Translations under genes and position numbers: made by a program | Shown: positions 1 through 12,075 of the stretch, piece after piece | Layout: each line of letters begins with the position of its first letter | Numbering within the stretch: the stretch's first letter is position 1 | Assembly (NCBI RefSeq): GCF_963921235.1 | Contig: NC_086107.1 | Location: 106,084,001-106,148,000 of the forward strand | DNA from: Mobula hypostoma | Lineage: Eukaryota | Direction: 5' to 3' | Length of the DNA stretch: 64,000 bases | The notes under the pieces: generated by a model | The model's input: the letters and a program-made list of their open reading frames with translations, nothing else | Database searches by the model: none | Told to the model about the DNA's origin: nothing

Positions 1-468
1 CATTAATTATCGACTGTCACTTGATGGGAAGAGGGCAATAAATGGATGCTGGCTTGGAGCAGAGCCAATAACAAGGTGTTAAAGGACAGACACATAACCT
101 GAGGCCAACGACACCAGAATGCAATATTTGAATTGATAAGGAATGGATATAAAAGTGGACGCTGTGTGTGTGCTGGCAGCAGTAACTTCGAAGAATAACC
201 ATCGCAGATACAAGCATCAGCGACCCTGTGTGGAACGTGTGGCAACTGAATCAGGTCTACCAGGAACGCCTAGCCAGCGTAGACTCCTTTGCCCATGTAA
301 TACCTTTGCCTATTCAGGAGAGTCAGGGATACTTAGTCGGCGTCCACACAGGTTATTTAGTTTATGAATTCACGTACTTGTTAGGTTAACCAACAAAGGT
401 GGTTGTTGGTAAATACAGATCTCTCTGTGCCTCTCTGATCGTTATTACAAGGGGTGATTCTTATAACA
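1..468 (+). mobile_element. Probable LTR (Gypsy/ERV-like), 5' end outside the window
   Basis: TATA-like GATATAAAAG at ~147 and a terminal ...TTATAACA at 468. No match to the LINE/SINE families seen elsewhere in the window. The 5' TG and TSD cannot be seen. Confidence 0.4.
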
Positions 469-994
469 TGCCTTCCCACACAAACACAATGACTCTGGAA
501 ATACAGCCATCTAAATCAGCCCATGGTCAACAATTTAGAACCCTTAACAACCAACCCCATTATAGCAGTATGAGTGGCACACCAGCGTGGCGATTCGTGC
601 AATGCTTTACAGCACCAGCTGTAAGATCAGGGTTCAATTTCTGCTGCTGTCTGCAGGTTTGCACATTCCTTCCTATAGGTGCCCCAGTTTCCTGCCACTT
701 TGAAGTTGTGGGCATCCCATGTTGGCGTCAGAAGCGTGCAGCAGCTGCGGGCTGCTCAGCACGATCCTCACTGGTTTGATTTAATACAAAATAATGCATT
801 TCACTGTGTTTTCATGTAAATGTGACAAATAAAGCTAATCTGTAGCAGTACAAGAACCAATACCACTCTACTTGGGGGAAGGAGGATTATCAGTAACAGC
901 AACACGCAGAAAACAAATGAAGATAAGGACCGATTAAGTGGCAAAAATATAAATGTCAATACATTAAAATGATGGATTGAGAGGTGCAAACCAT

Positions 995-1505
995 TACGTT
1001 TTGGATGGAGTTAGCAACCATCACAGCTCAGTCCCTCATAGGAAAGGCCCTCCCCACCATTCAGCACATCTACACAGGGAGTGTTGTCACAAAAAAGCAG
1101 CATCCATCATCAAGGAGTCCCACCTTCCAGGCCAGGCTCTCTTCTCACTGCTGCCATCGGGAAGGAGGTACAGGAGCCTTGGGTCTCACACCACTCGGTT
1201 CCCTTCAACCTTCAGGCTCCTGAACCAGGGTGGGTAACTTCACTCACCACAGCACTGAACTGATCCCACAACCTATGGGCTCATTTTCAAGAACTTCAAA
1301 ACTCATGTTCTCTGTATTACTTATTTATTACTTGTTTTTGAATTTTCACAGTTTTGTACATCAGTTGTGTGACAGTCTTTATGTGTAGCTTTTCCACTGA
1401 TTCTATTATATTTCTCAGTTCTGTGAATGCCTGCAAGAAAATGAGTGAGCCGTACAGTATATGGTGACATATACATACTTTAAGAATACATTTATTTTGA
1501 ACTTT
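995..1505 (+). mobile_element. Rex1/Babar-type LINE 3' fragment
   Basis: Translates to KKAASIIKESHLPGQALFSLLPSGRRYRSL, the Rex1-type ORF C-terminus repeated many times in the window, followed by the shared 3' UTR. Confidence 0.75.
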
Positions 1506-1731
1506 GCATTTTATTCTCCTTGGCAAGCAGCAGCACAGTTCAGTTCATGTGATCACTATTTTCTCCTTTTGAAGAATACACAGAATTGGTGTTGTGGCAA
1601 AGTTCTACATGCTGGCAGCCTATTTCACCAGGAAGGACATCATGAGAGACTTTTCAGACACCTTGAAGCAACGTGAGGAGGAGTACCATCCCACCCACAA
1701 AAAATGCCTCATGAGAACTTGACAGACTCAC

Positions 1732-1815
1732 CTCATTATTTGCAGAATATTTTTCGCAAGCCGTGACACACAGTTCCATCGTCTCAACTTTCATTTCCTC
1801 TGGCATATCGCAATG
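1732..1815 (-). CDS. DNAL4: Dynein axonemal light chain 4, second coding exon
   Basis: 84 nt exon encoding HCDMPEEMKVETMELCVTACEKYSANNE, close to human DNAL4 HSDMPEEMRVETMELCVTACEKFSNNNE. Acceptor TTTCCAG, donor GAG|GTGAGT, phase 0/0. Confidence 0.97.
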
Positions 1816-1999
1816 CTGGAAACAAAGGACTGGGATGAGTAGGACATTCTTCTGAGCCAACAAAACTTTGGAATTCTGTACCTCACAGGTATTAAGGCTG
1901 CATTATTCAACATATTCAAGGTTTTTTTTCTGTTTTTGAGAATGAAAGATTTGAAGATCACATCAACCACAAGCAGAGCTAGTTTTATGTATTTATTTA

Positions 2000-2275
2000 G
2001 AGATACAACACGTAATAGGCCCTTTCAGTCCTTCAAGCCGTGCTGCCCCACAAACCAGATTTAACCCTAACCTAATCACAGGACAATTTGCAATAACCAA
2101 TTAACTGACTGGTGCACTTTTTGACTATAGGAGGAAACCGGAAGACCGTGGAAAAGACCCACACATTTCACGGGGAGGATGTACACAGATTCCTTGTAGA
2201 CGACATCAGAATTGAACTCCAAACTCTAACAACCCAAGCTGTAATAGCGTTCCGCTATACGCCACCATGGCACCC
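2000..2275 (-). mobile_element. tRNA-derived V-domain SINE (HE1-like)
   Basis: Reverse complement of the tRNA-like head plus the CGGTTTCCTCC core. Same family as 3370-3655. Confidence 0.7.
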
Positions 2276-3369
2276 CAAAAAGCAGAACAGACTCAAGGGC
2301 TGTATAGACTGCTTGATTGTCATTACCTTGCTTTGAAGAACTTAAAATCAGCTTTCAATGAGGTGAAAACTCTTCTGGGATTGAAGCCACAACTAATCTC
2401 TACAATGATCTCATTTCCTTTAAACATCTGGGAACAATTACACAAATGGCTGTATATTTTGTTTCAGAGGGATCTATTGCTGGCTCAAATAATCCTGAAC
2501 TGCATCTTGCACAGCAAATTGTCAAACTCCTTAATAACCTCAAAATACTTTTCATCCAGTCTCTAAAATGCATCCTTTGGTTACCATCATATTTCCAAGA
2601 TTTCTAGAAGAGATTTTCTCCAGGGCAGATTTTTAAGATGCTTGATGTTTAATGTCCTCAGCGCTAAATGTGCTTTACTCTTTGCGTGGTTTGATCGAGG
2701 CGCTTCACAGCGAAACTGGATCTGTAAATGGGGCCCGCAACCATCAACAAGATGCTGAACTGACTGAGTCTCCGGCGGAAGCCGCGGCCAATGGCTCCTG
2801 GACCATTTCACTCACTTCGGCGGCTTGAGGCTGTGGGCTCATTTTTGGGGATTCTGCAGTTTGACAATGTTCTGTGTGTTATTCGTTCACTTTTTGTTGT
2901 TTGCATGATTTGTTCTTTTTTATTGCAATTTTAATCGTCTTGTTGAGTGGGGCTTTTCTTTAAACGGGTTCTATTGTGTTGCTTTACTTTGTGGCTGCCT
3001 ACAAGACAACGAATCTCAAGGTTAATATTGTGTACATACTTTGAACATTAGATTGCATTAGTGACTTGTAACTAATGGATTTCTAAGATAATCTCATACA
3101 GGAACACACCATGGCACCTCTCTGCCACCCTCAACTATTGAACAAACCAGGTCCAAATACAGAGTTGTACAGCCCACAAGCTCTTTGTTCCACCACATCC
3201 AATCAAACCTTTTTGCCCATCTACACCAATTCCATTTTCCCTCATTAATACTGTATCCACCTATTTAAATGTCTGTCAACTTGCCTTTTAGTATGGTTTA
3301 GGCTCAGATTTTGCAGGGAAAGAGGGCAGTCTCAACATAAAGTCAAAAAGACATAGAACTAAAATCATG

Positions 3370-3655
3370 GGTGCCACGATAGCGTAGCAGCACAACACTA
3401 TTACAGCTCGGGGTATTAAGGAGTTCAATTACTGCACCCTCTCTAAGGAGTCTCTGTACGTCTGCTCCGTGGAATGTGTGGGTTTTCCCTGGGTACTCGG
3501 GTTTCCTCCCACAGTTGAAAGACATACCAGGTAATTAACTGGTCATTGTAAGTTACCCCGTGATTTGGTTAGGGTTAATTGGGGTTGTGGGGTTGCTGAG
3601 GCGGTGTGGCTCAAAGGGCAGAGGCCTACACCGTGCTACTTCGCTAAATAAAATT
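3370..3655 (+). mobile_element. tRNA-derived V-domain SINE (HE1-like). Related copies at ~572-840, 35670-36390, 40375-40625, 46000-46240, 51855-52010 and 56285-57000
   Basis: A-box/B-box-like head, V-domain core GGGTTTTCCCTGGGTACTCGGGTTTCCTCCCACA and an A-rich tail. Confidence 0.75.
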
Positions 3656-4077
3656 AAAAAGTAGAACCACAGCTGGAATATTAGATTATTTAAATTCAAG
3701 AAGTGTCTAATTACCACAAATCATAGGATTTCACTAAAATTTACAGCACTAACCAGCATCAACTGCTAATAGAACCCAAAATCAATAACACAAATGGTAT
3801 CAACTGACCGTGCGGGTAGACAGTATTTAAATCTGACCTAAAAGATGTCACAAATCAAACAGCAAAAATTAGAAATGTGAAATAAAAGTAGAAGGTGCTA
3901 ACATGCCCGAACGACTGGCGTCTGTATTCTGGTGCCGGAATGTGAGGTGACACTTGCCGGCTGCCCCCAACGTACTCTTGGGTATGCTGACAGTTAACGT
4001 AATTTACACAAATGGTACATTTTACTGTACATTTCTGGTCACTCCACTATAGGAAGGATGTTGAGGCTTTACAGAGG

Positions 4078-7000
4078 TTCCAAGGTTGTCAAGCCGAGGA
4101 GTGGTAACTCCCACTACCTAAAAGTGCTCCTCACTGCATGCACCTCAAATAGCCTCTGACAACTAAGTCCAACTCCTGGCCTTCTCATGTGGCTTAGCCT
4201 CTAAACCTGTTTCTACTGACAGGAGAAGGGACGAAGGTGGGTCCTGGCACCTTAAAACCAGTGCTTCGGGTAGATGGAGCTCGTCAGCCTGGGAAGGCAG
4301 TCCATCTAAGAGAGGGAAAACTCTGATTTCAAACCTCCGCTGCCTTGCGGCCATACCCACAGATGGGAAAGGCTTCGGGGGTAAACCCTGAGGACAAATC
4401 CGGAGCTGGAGTCCCTCAGGCAGTCCGACGTTGCCTTCAACCTTGTTCTGGCAACTCCTGTGACGACACTGGTGCCAAGCTGTATTGGCCCTTGCCCCTC
4501 TCTTGGACAACATCGGTGTCGTGGAGAGGGGAGACTTGCAGCATGGGCAACTGCCAGTCTTCCATACAACCTTGTCCAGGCCTGCGCCCTGGAGAGGACA
4601 CTCCAACGTCGCCTCATCGCGACGGCACAACACGGAAAGCAGCAGTCTACCGGTTATAAACCTGCACTCAACTGGCATAGAGCAAGGCACCAGGGGTTGC
4701 TTTTGACGGAGGGAGAGACCATTGTGTCTCACGGGACAGCTACTGCCCACCTCAAGCAGGGCAGCCCCCAGCCAGTTAGGTACTGTCCTGCCACAGTCCG
4801 CCCGCTCCACTGGGTGCACGGGGCTCAGGGATACAAGCAGCCCGAACTGCGGACTGTAAACACTGCACCAAGCATAACTAGAAGACAAAGAAAGAAGCCA
4901 ACACTCAAGACTAGGATGCTAGAATATACGGACCATGACAACCGGTATATCAGATGACCTTCAGGAGATCAGCGACACACGCAAGACAGCAGTGATTAAC
5001 AATGAATTGGCTCCAAGTGGACATCGCAACGCTCCAAGAGACACGTCTCGCAGAATCGGGAACCCTACGTGAAAGAGACGATACCTCCTGGCAGGGGAAG
5101 GGCTCAGACGAGACCAGAGAGCATGGTGTTGGCTTTGCCGTGAAGAACTCGCTGCTGAAGATGGTAGAGCCTAGCGAGAAAGGGACAGAGTGGATTTTCT
5201 CACTTCGACTTCACACATCCAACAGGCCTGTCAACCTTGTCAGTGTCTATGCCCCAACCCTCTACTCTACACAAGACACAAAGGACGAGTTCTATGACCA
5301 GCTCTCAATGATGATACAGGAGATCCCAAGTCAGGAACAGTTGCTGCTACTTGGTGACACTCAACGCCAGAGTGGGTGCCGACCATGACTCCTGGCCAAG
5401 CTGCCTGGGGCGGTATGGGATTGGCAGCATGAATGACAACGGGCAATGACTGCTCGAGCTTTGCATGCTCCACGAATTGTGTGTCACCAACACCTACTTC
5501 CAGACCAAAGCTCAGCACAAAGTGTCTTGGCGACATCCCCGCTCCAAACACTGGCACCAGCTAGACCCGATAATCACAAGACGCCGTCACCTGAGAAACG
5601 TGCTCATGACTCGCTCCTTTCGGAGTGCCGACTGCGACACGGATCACTCACTGGTTTATTGCAAGATCAGACTTCGGCTGAAGAAGATGCACTGCGCCAA
5701 GCCTCCAGGCAAGCAGCGCATCGATGCCAGTAAGACACAACACCCAGACAAAGCTGCAGAGTTATCAAGTCACTGGAGGATGCTCTCCTTGCAGACCCAC
5801 CAGAAGGAGATGCTCAGCAGAGATGGGATTCTCTCAGGGACACTATCCACAGCATTGCGCTCAAGGCCTTTGGGAAGAAACGAGGCAAGACACAGGACTG
5901 GTTTGAAGCGAGCTCAAGTAAGCTCACCGTTGTCATCGAGGTGAAGCGTGTTGCACGACTAGAGCACAAACGCCACCCCACCCAGGCAACACTGCAAGTG
6001 CTAAGGACAGCAAGAAGCAAGGCCCAGGAAACAGCCAGACGCTGTGCAAGTGACTACTGGCTACAACTCTGCGAAAGCATTCAGTCATCATTTGACACAG
6101 GCAACATCCATGGAGTGTACAAGGGGATCAGGAAAGCCATCAAGCCAACCCAGAGCAAGAGAGCATCATTGAAGACCATAACAGGCAAGACCATCAATGA
6201 CAAAGGCAAGCAGATGGAGAGATGGGTGGAGCATTACTCTGAACTCTTCTACAGAGAAAACAGCATCTCGGACAGTGCGCTAGACTCCGTGGAATGCCTG
6301 CCTGTCATGGAGGAAATTGATGCATTGCCGACTGCCGAAGAGCTGAGTAAAGGCATCGACAGCCTGCCCACTGGGAAGGCACCAGGATTGGATGGCATTC
6401 CACCAGAGGCCATCAAGTGTGCAAAGGGCGTCCTGCTAAACCACCTGCACGAACCACTGTGCCAGTGCTGGATACAGGGAGCAGTGCCGCAAGACATTAG
6501 AGACTGCAACATTGTCACCATACATAAGAACAAAGGGGACAGAAGCGACTGTAACAGCTACAGGGGAATCTCCTTGCTGAGCGTCGTTGGGAAGGTCTTC
6601 GCCCGCGTGGTCCTGAACAGTCTGCAGAAAATAGCCGAAAGGGTATATCCCAAGTCTCAGTGCGGTTTCAGGTCAGAACGCTCCACAATCGACATGATCT
6701 TCTCCCTTCGACAGCTACAAGAGAAATGCAGAGAGCAAAGACAACCACTCTACGTCGCTTTCATTGACCTTACGAAGGCCTTCGATCTTGTGAGCAGAGA
6801 CGGTCTGTTCAAAATCCTCCCCAGGATTGGTTGTCTCCTGAGGTTCCTCAGGATAGTTCAGTCATTCCACACAGACATGAAGGGCATCGTTCAGTTCGAC
6901 GACTCTTCTTCGGAGGCCTTCAACATCCGCAGCGGTGTGAAGCAGGGCTGTGTGCTTGCCCCCACCCTGTTTGGCATCTTCTTTGCAGTCATGCTGAAGC

Positions 7001-8097
7001 ACGCCTTTGGCACATCAACTGATGGTGTCTACCTCCACACCAGATCGGACGGGAGGCTGTTCAGTCTGTCCCAGCTGAGGGCAAAAACCAAGGTTCGTGA
7101 AGTACTCATCAGGGACATGTGTTTGCAGATGATGTGGCACTGGCAACACACTCTGAACAGCAACTGCAATGCCTCATGGACAGCTACTCAAGAGCCTGCC
7201 AGGACTTCAGCTTGACCATCAGCCTGAAGAAAACCAACGCCTTGGGCCAAGATGCCATTACCATCAACAACTACGAGCTGGAGGTAGTTCACGAGTTTAC
7301 ATATCTTGGCTCCACCATCACGGACAGCCTCTCCCCAGACCCTGAGATCAACAGACGGATCGGACGAGCAGCCTCAACATTCACCAGGCTGACAAAGAGA
7401 GTCTGGGAGAACAGAAAGCTGACGATGCACACCAAAGTTGCAGTCTACAGGGCCTGCATCCTCAGCACACTGTTGTACGGCAGCGAGACCTGGAGCCTCT
7501 ACTACAGACAAGAGCGGCGTCTCAATGCCTTCCACCTTCGCAGCCTGACACACATCCTGGACATCACGTGGACTGACCGAGTCACCAACAATGAGGTCCT
7601 GGCCTGCGCCCAGATACCCAGCCTCTTCACCCTGCTCCAATAATGCTGTCTCCGCTGGCTGGGCCACGTACACCGCATGTCAGACGGGAGGATCCTGAAA
7701 GACCTGCTGTATGGGGAACTGGTCTCCGGCAAGAGGGCACAAGGGCGGCCTCATCTTCGTTTCAAAGACGTTTGCAAGAGAGACATGAAGTCACTGAAAA
7801 TGAACGTCGAGAGGTGGGAGGACATCGCAAGCGATCGCTCTCACTGGAGGCTGGAACTACGCAGAGGTCTAAAAAGAGGAGAGGAGAAGCTGAGGCTTGC
7901 TGCTGAAGAAAAGCGCACTCATCGGAAAAACAGCACCAAGATAACACCAGAGGACAGCGCCTTCAAGTGCAGTCGATGCAGCCAAGACTGTCACTCCCGT
8001 GTGGGCCTCTACAGCCACAACAGACACTGCTCTAACAAATTGATGCAAGACCTTCCAGGCGCAGATCTATGGGCTCATGAGACTAACAGATGCCGTC
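4078..8097 (+). mobile_element. Full-length RTE-clade LINE with a decayed APE + RT + C-terminal CCHH ORF, inserted in a CR1 fragment inside DNAL4 intron 2
   Basis: APE motifs DIATLQETRL, VYAPT and DCDTDH. RT motifs KAPGLDGIP, YRGISLLS, FIDLTKAFD, GVKQGCVLAP and FADD. Zinc finger CSRCSQDCHSRVGLYSHNRHC. Several frameshifts and a TAA at 7641. TSD ACAGAGG at 4071-4077 and 8098-8104. 5' UTR about 800 nt. Confidence 0.95.
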
Positions 8098-8580
8098 ACA
8101 GAGGGTGCCAAAGAGGTTTACCAGGATGCTGCATGGCTTACAAGACTCATGGCATCACAAGAGGCTGGATAAGCTTAGGTTGTTTTCTCTGGAGTGCTAG
8201 AGGCTGAGGGAAGAACTGATAGAGGTTTATGAGAGGCAAAGATAGAGTAGACAGGGAGCATGTGTTTCTCAGGGTTGAAATGTCTAATACCAGAGGGCAT
8301 GTGTTGAAGGTTCAAGGAGGATGCAAGAGGTAAGTTTTTCACTCAATCATGGATGCCTGGAATGCATTGTCTGATATGCTGGCAGAGGCAAGTACATTAG
8401 AGGGTTCTAAAGAGACATTTAGGTAGACACACGAATGTGCAGAAGATGGAGCAATATGGATGCTGTGTAGGTAGGAGGGATTAGAGGTAGGGTGTTTCTG
8501 ATTTGCTTTTTAGCTGGTTCAGTACAACATTGTGGGCCGAATGGCCTGTTCTTGTGTTGTACTGTTCTATATTCTTTGTA
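8098..8580 (+). mobile_element. CR1 3' fragment, host of the RTE insertion (continues from ~4025-4077)
   Basis: The CR1 C-terminal sequence (CAATTCTGGTCACTCC-like ... AGGTTTACCAGGATG) is continuous across the TSD and ends in a CR1-type 3' tail. Confidence 0.8.
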
Positions 8581-9067
8581 TGTTTCAATGTACACATAAT
8601 ACATAAACTTGAATCCTGATCCAGCACCCTACAATTCTTCGATTTTCTCCCAAGGAGAGACCAGCATGGTTATTGCCGTGTTACAACAGTGACCTAAGGA
8701 AAAATCCGCATATAAAATTTCAACAGGAATTAAGTCCAAGTGACAAGATACTCTGAAGTGAAGTTGATCTGTGTTATGACAGAAGTCCATCATCACAGTC
8801 AATACCCTTAACAAATATCTGCCATACATTTATGTGCAGCTTTACAAATAACCTTACTTGCCCCATTATATCTAATAGGCTTCAGTTATATCAATGATTA
8901 AATCAATAAGGACATTCACTTTTGTCAAAGTATCAATTGATTAATAAATCAAATAAACAATTACTGCCTGCTGAACAGCTTCTGAGCCCAGAGCTCAGCA
9001 AGATTGAAGGGAGATAAGTTGCCAAATATATGGCTTCAATAAATGGGGTCCTTTTATATTAAAAAAA

Positions 9068-9377
9068 GGCATCCGTTAGTCTTGCAAGACCATCGATCTG
9101 CGCCTGGAAAGTCTTCACTCTCCAGGGCGCAGGCCTGGGCAAGGTTGTATGGAAGACTGGCAGTTGCCCATGCTGCAAGTCTCCCCTCTCCACGACACCG
9201 ATGTTGTCCAAGGGAAGGGCATTAGGACCAGTACAGCCCGGCACCAGTGTCGTCACAAAGTGATGTGAGGTTAAGTGCCTTGCTCAAGGACACAACACGC
9301 TGCCTCGGCTGGGGCTCGAACTCACGACCTTCAGATCGCTAGTCGAACGCCTTAACCACTTGGCCACATGCCCACAC
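9068..9377 (-). mobile_element. tRNA-head bipartite RTE SINE, family A, copy 1
   Basis: tRNA-like head, a body matching the RTE 5' UTR at 4461-4596, and a tail matching the RTE 3' end at 8046-8094. Confidence 0.9.
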
Positions 9378-9429
9378 TACTGAAGGGTAATTTAAAGGAC
9401 CCCAGTTATTGCTGGATATATATTTTCTT

Positions 9430-9791
9430 GGGGTGGCGGGGTGGAGACGCGTCTCTACCAAAGGAGGTATAAGGCACTCCTTCCCTCCGCTAGCCTGCAG
9501 ATCACCCTTGGGCAAGGTGTAGCACCTGCTTAGCCCTCCTGTCGGGGTCATGTGAAGCCATGACAGCAGCTGGTGCAGATCACAAATCCTGGTTACGCAA
9601 CCACTGACACCAAGCAGACAATCTCTGAAGAATACTGATAATGGCCAGGGTCACCGTCTTGTAAAGACAATGCTCAGATGGAGGCAATGGCAAAGCACTT
9701 CTGTAGAAAAAATTTGCCAATAATAATCATGGTCATGGGAAGACCATGATTGCTCGCATCATACGACACGGTACATAATGAATGAATGAAT
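9430..9791 (+). mobile_element. SINE or non-autonomous element with a BovB/RTE-like motif; partial copy at ~22826-22945
   Basis: GGCAATGGCAAAGCACTTCTGTAGAAAAATTTGCCAA resembles the BovB/Bov-A type motif. Ends CATACGACACGGTACATAA(TGAA)n. Confidence 0.6.
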
Positions 9792-9987
9792 ACAGCTTCA
9801 GAATGAATATTCACACTGGGTTTGGGCTACCTGTGGGGAACGTTCAGGCACTAACAATGTTTTGAGCCAATGGCACACCCAGAGGCCGCAGGTGACACGA
9901 GATACAGGAGCCAAGGTGGTCTTTGGATCATATGAACTTTCAGCTGCAAGCGGGAACAAAGTTAAAGCACTTTGATGGGAAACTCAC

Positions 9988-10056
9988 TCTGACGATGGGG
10001 AAGGTTTGAAGACGCCTGGAATCTGGCTCTTCCTTTTTTGCCTCTGGCTCTGCCAT
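9988..10056 (-). CDS. DNAL4: Dynein axonemal light chain 4, first coding exon (the exon extends as 5' UTR to 10074 or 10077)
   Basis: ATG at 10056-10054. 69 nt encode MAEPEAKKEEPDSRRLQTFPIVR, similar to human MGETEGKKDEADYKRLQTFPLVR. Donor AGA|GTGAGT, acceptor CCTTTTCTCCCAGCAG. Confidence 0.96.
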
Positions 10057-10249
10057 TGCAGACACACTTCACCCCTGCTGGGAGAAAAGGAAAATAAAAA
10101 CTTAATTTTCTATTTCAAAAAGATGATGGTAATAAATGTTACATGAACTAATCTACTGGATTGTCAGAATATCTAATCACTCTACTCTCCTTGATCGAAC
10201 ATTCTTCTGAGAGAGAAGGGACAGCTGGAGATGTTTTACACCAGAGAGT

Positions 10250-10872
10250 GAGGCCTCTGTTGGTTAGGGTCAATCATGGAGGTTATGTCCTGGCTGTCCA
10301 GAAATAAATGTCTGGCAGTACAATATGAGCAAGCTGTTGCCCATGTAGCAAGCTCCAACCCCCCCCACGCATCCAATCAACCCAAAGGAACGGTAGAGAC
10401 CGATACAGATTGGCACCAGTAACATTGCAGCTTTTGCCAGTCAATGTAGAACTCAACATAGGACTGTCTTATGTCTTACAAAACTCAATTTCCCTCAGGA
10501 TCAATAAAGTATATCTATCTATCTTAAGGACTCCAGCTCTGGATTTTTTTTCCCCACATGGTTCACTCCTGAAAGCCTTTCCATGAGTGAATATAGTTTG
10601 AGATCAAGGTTTTCCTTCTAGATGAGCTGCCAACCACTGCTGACGAGCCCCATCTGCCCAAAGCAACTGGTTTTAAGGCACCAGTAACTCACTTTTGCCC
10701 CTTCTTCTATCAGTAGAAACAGTTCTGCCGGGCTTAGTTGCTTGGCGTGAAGGCCAGGAGCTGGACTTGGTTTATCAGAGGCTCCTTGAGGCGAACGCCA
10801 TTGGGAACATCTAACAGGTAGTGGGAGCTTGTCCCCATTACCACCCTCAGCTATAACAACCTTAAGGGACCA
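10250..10872 (-). mobile_element. Non-autonomous bipartite RTE derivative (5' UTR + 3' end, no ORF)
   Basis: Homologous to the RTE 5' UTR from 4080 to ~4570. 12 bp TSD ACACCAGAGAGT at 10238-10249 and 10873-10884. Confidence 0.85.
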
Positions 10873-11384
10873 ACACCAGAGAGTAAATACTCACTACGAG
10901 TATGACAACGTACATTACAACTGTCTCCACCCATGGCATCAAAAGTACTTCATAGAGTGTTACTAAACAGAAACAGGCTGTTTGGCCCATCTAGTCCCAT
11001 CAACCCACACTCAGACCACAACCCTCCACACTCCTCCCACCCATGCACTTACCCAAACTTCCCTTAAATGCTGCAACTGAACCCACATCTATCACTTCTG
11101 TTGGCATCCCATCCCACACTTGAACCATCCTCTGAGTGAAGATGTTCCCCTTCAGGTTCCCCCCTTTCACCTTTCACCCTTAACCTATGACTTCTACTTC
11201 TAGTCTCATCCAACCTCGCCACATTGAAGGGCAGCCTTCAGTAGAACTCAATGAATGATTAAGTTCATTCCTTCCTGCCATACTCATGCTTAAATTGCAG
11301 GGAACGTTCCAGAATATCTGAACAAGTGCAAATCTACAGAGGGAGGGGACCTTGATAGAAGAGTAACTTGTGTATAAAAGGAAG

Positions 11385-11770
11385 ACAGAAGCTGGGTGGT
11401 GGTAGGTGGAAGAGGTAGAGGGCTAAAGAAGGAATCTGATAGGAGAGGACAATGTACCATGAAAGAAAGGCACGAGGATGGGCATCGGAATGAGAAGGTC
11501 AGGTCACAAAAAGAAGGGTTAAAAAGGGGAACCAGAGTGGGGAATGGAAAAAGAGAGAAGTTACCAGAAGTTAGAGAAATCAATGTTCATGCTATCAGGT
11601 TGGAGGCCAACCAAATGGAATATTAGGTATGGCCACATCAAGGTAGGAGAGGAGGCCATTGACAGACATGACGGTATGGGACTGGGAGTCAAGATGAAAT
11701 GGGTGGTCACTGGGAGATCTTGCCTTCTGCAGTGGATGTGCTTTACAAAGCAGTCCTCCAATCTACGTTT
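11385..11770 (-). mobile_element. Penelope-like element 3' fragment (GIY-YIG C-terminus)
   Basis: RRLEDCFVKH...QDLPVTTHF...LIFHLVGLQPDSMNIDFSNF matches the intact domain at 53356-53649. Confidence 0.8.
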
Positions 11771-12075
11771 GCCAAGAACATTCATGGTCAAAGATCACGA
11801 TCACCTACATCATAAGACAGGGCACTCAGTGATGATGGCGATGTAAACTGATACACACACCAACATACCAGAGGAACTCAACAGTTTGAGCAGCATCTAC
11901 GGAGAAGAATAAACAGTCAACGTTTGAGCCAAACCATTCATCAGAACTGGAAAGAAGCCAGAATAAGAAAGTCGGGGGAAAGAAAAGGAGTACAAGCTGC
12001 AAGGTGATAGGTGAGACCAGGTGAGGGGGAAGGTGGGTGGGTGGAAGAGGGGGAATGAAGTGAGAAGCTGGGATG

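Noticed and set aside
1654..1863. 69 aa ORF as a standalone gene
   Set aside because: Only 1732-1815 is DNAL4 exon. The rest is intronic read-through past canonical splice sites.
9430..9530. HDV-like ribozyme at the head of the BovB-motif element (GGGGTGG pairing with TCACCCT)
   Set aside because: A P1-like helix exists, but I could not place P2, P3, L3 or a CNRA J4/2 in the required order.
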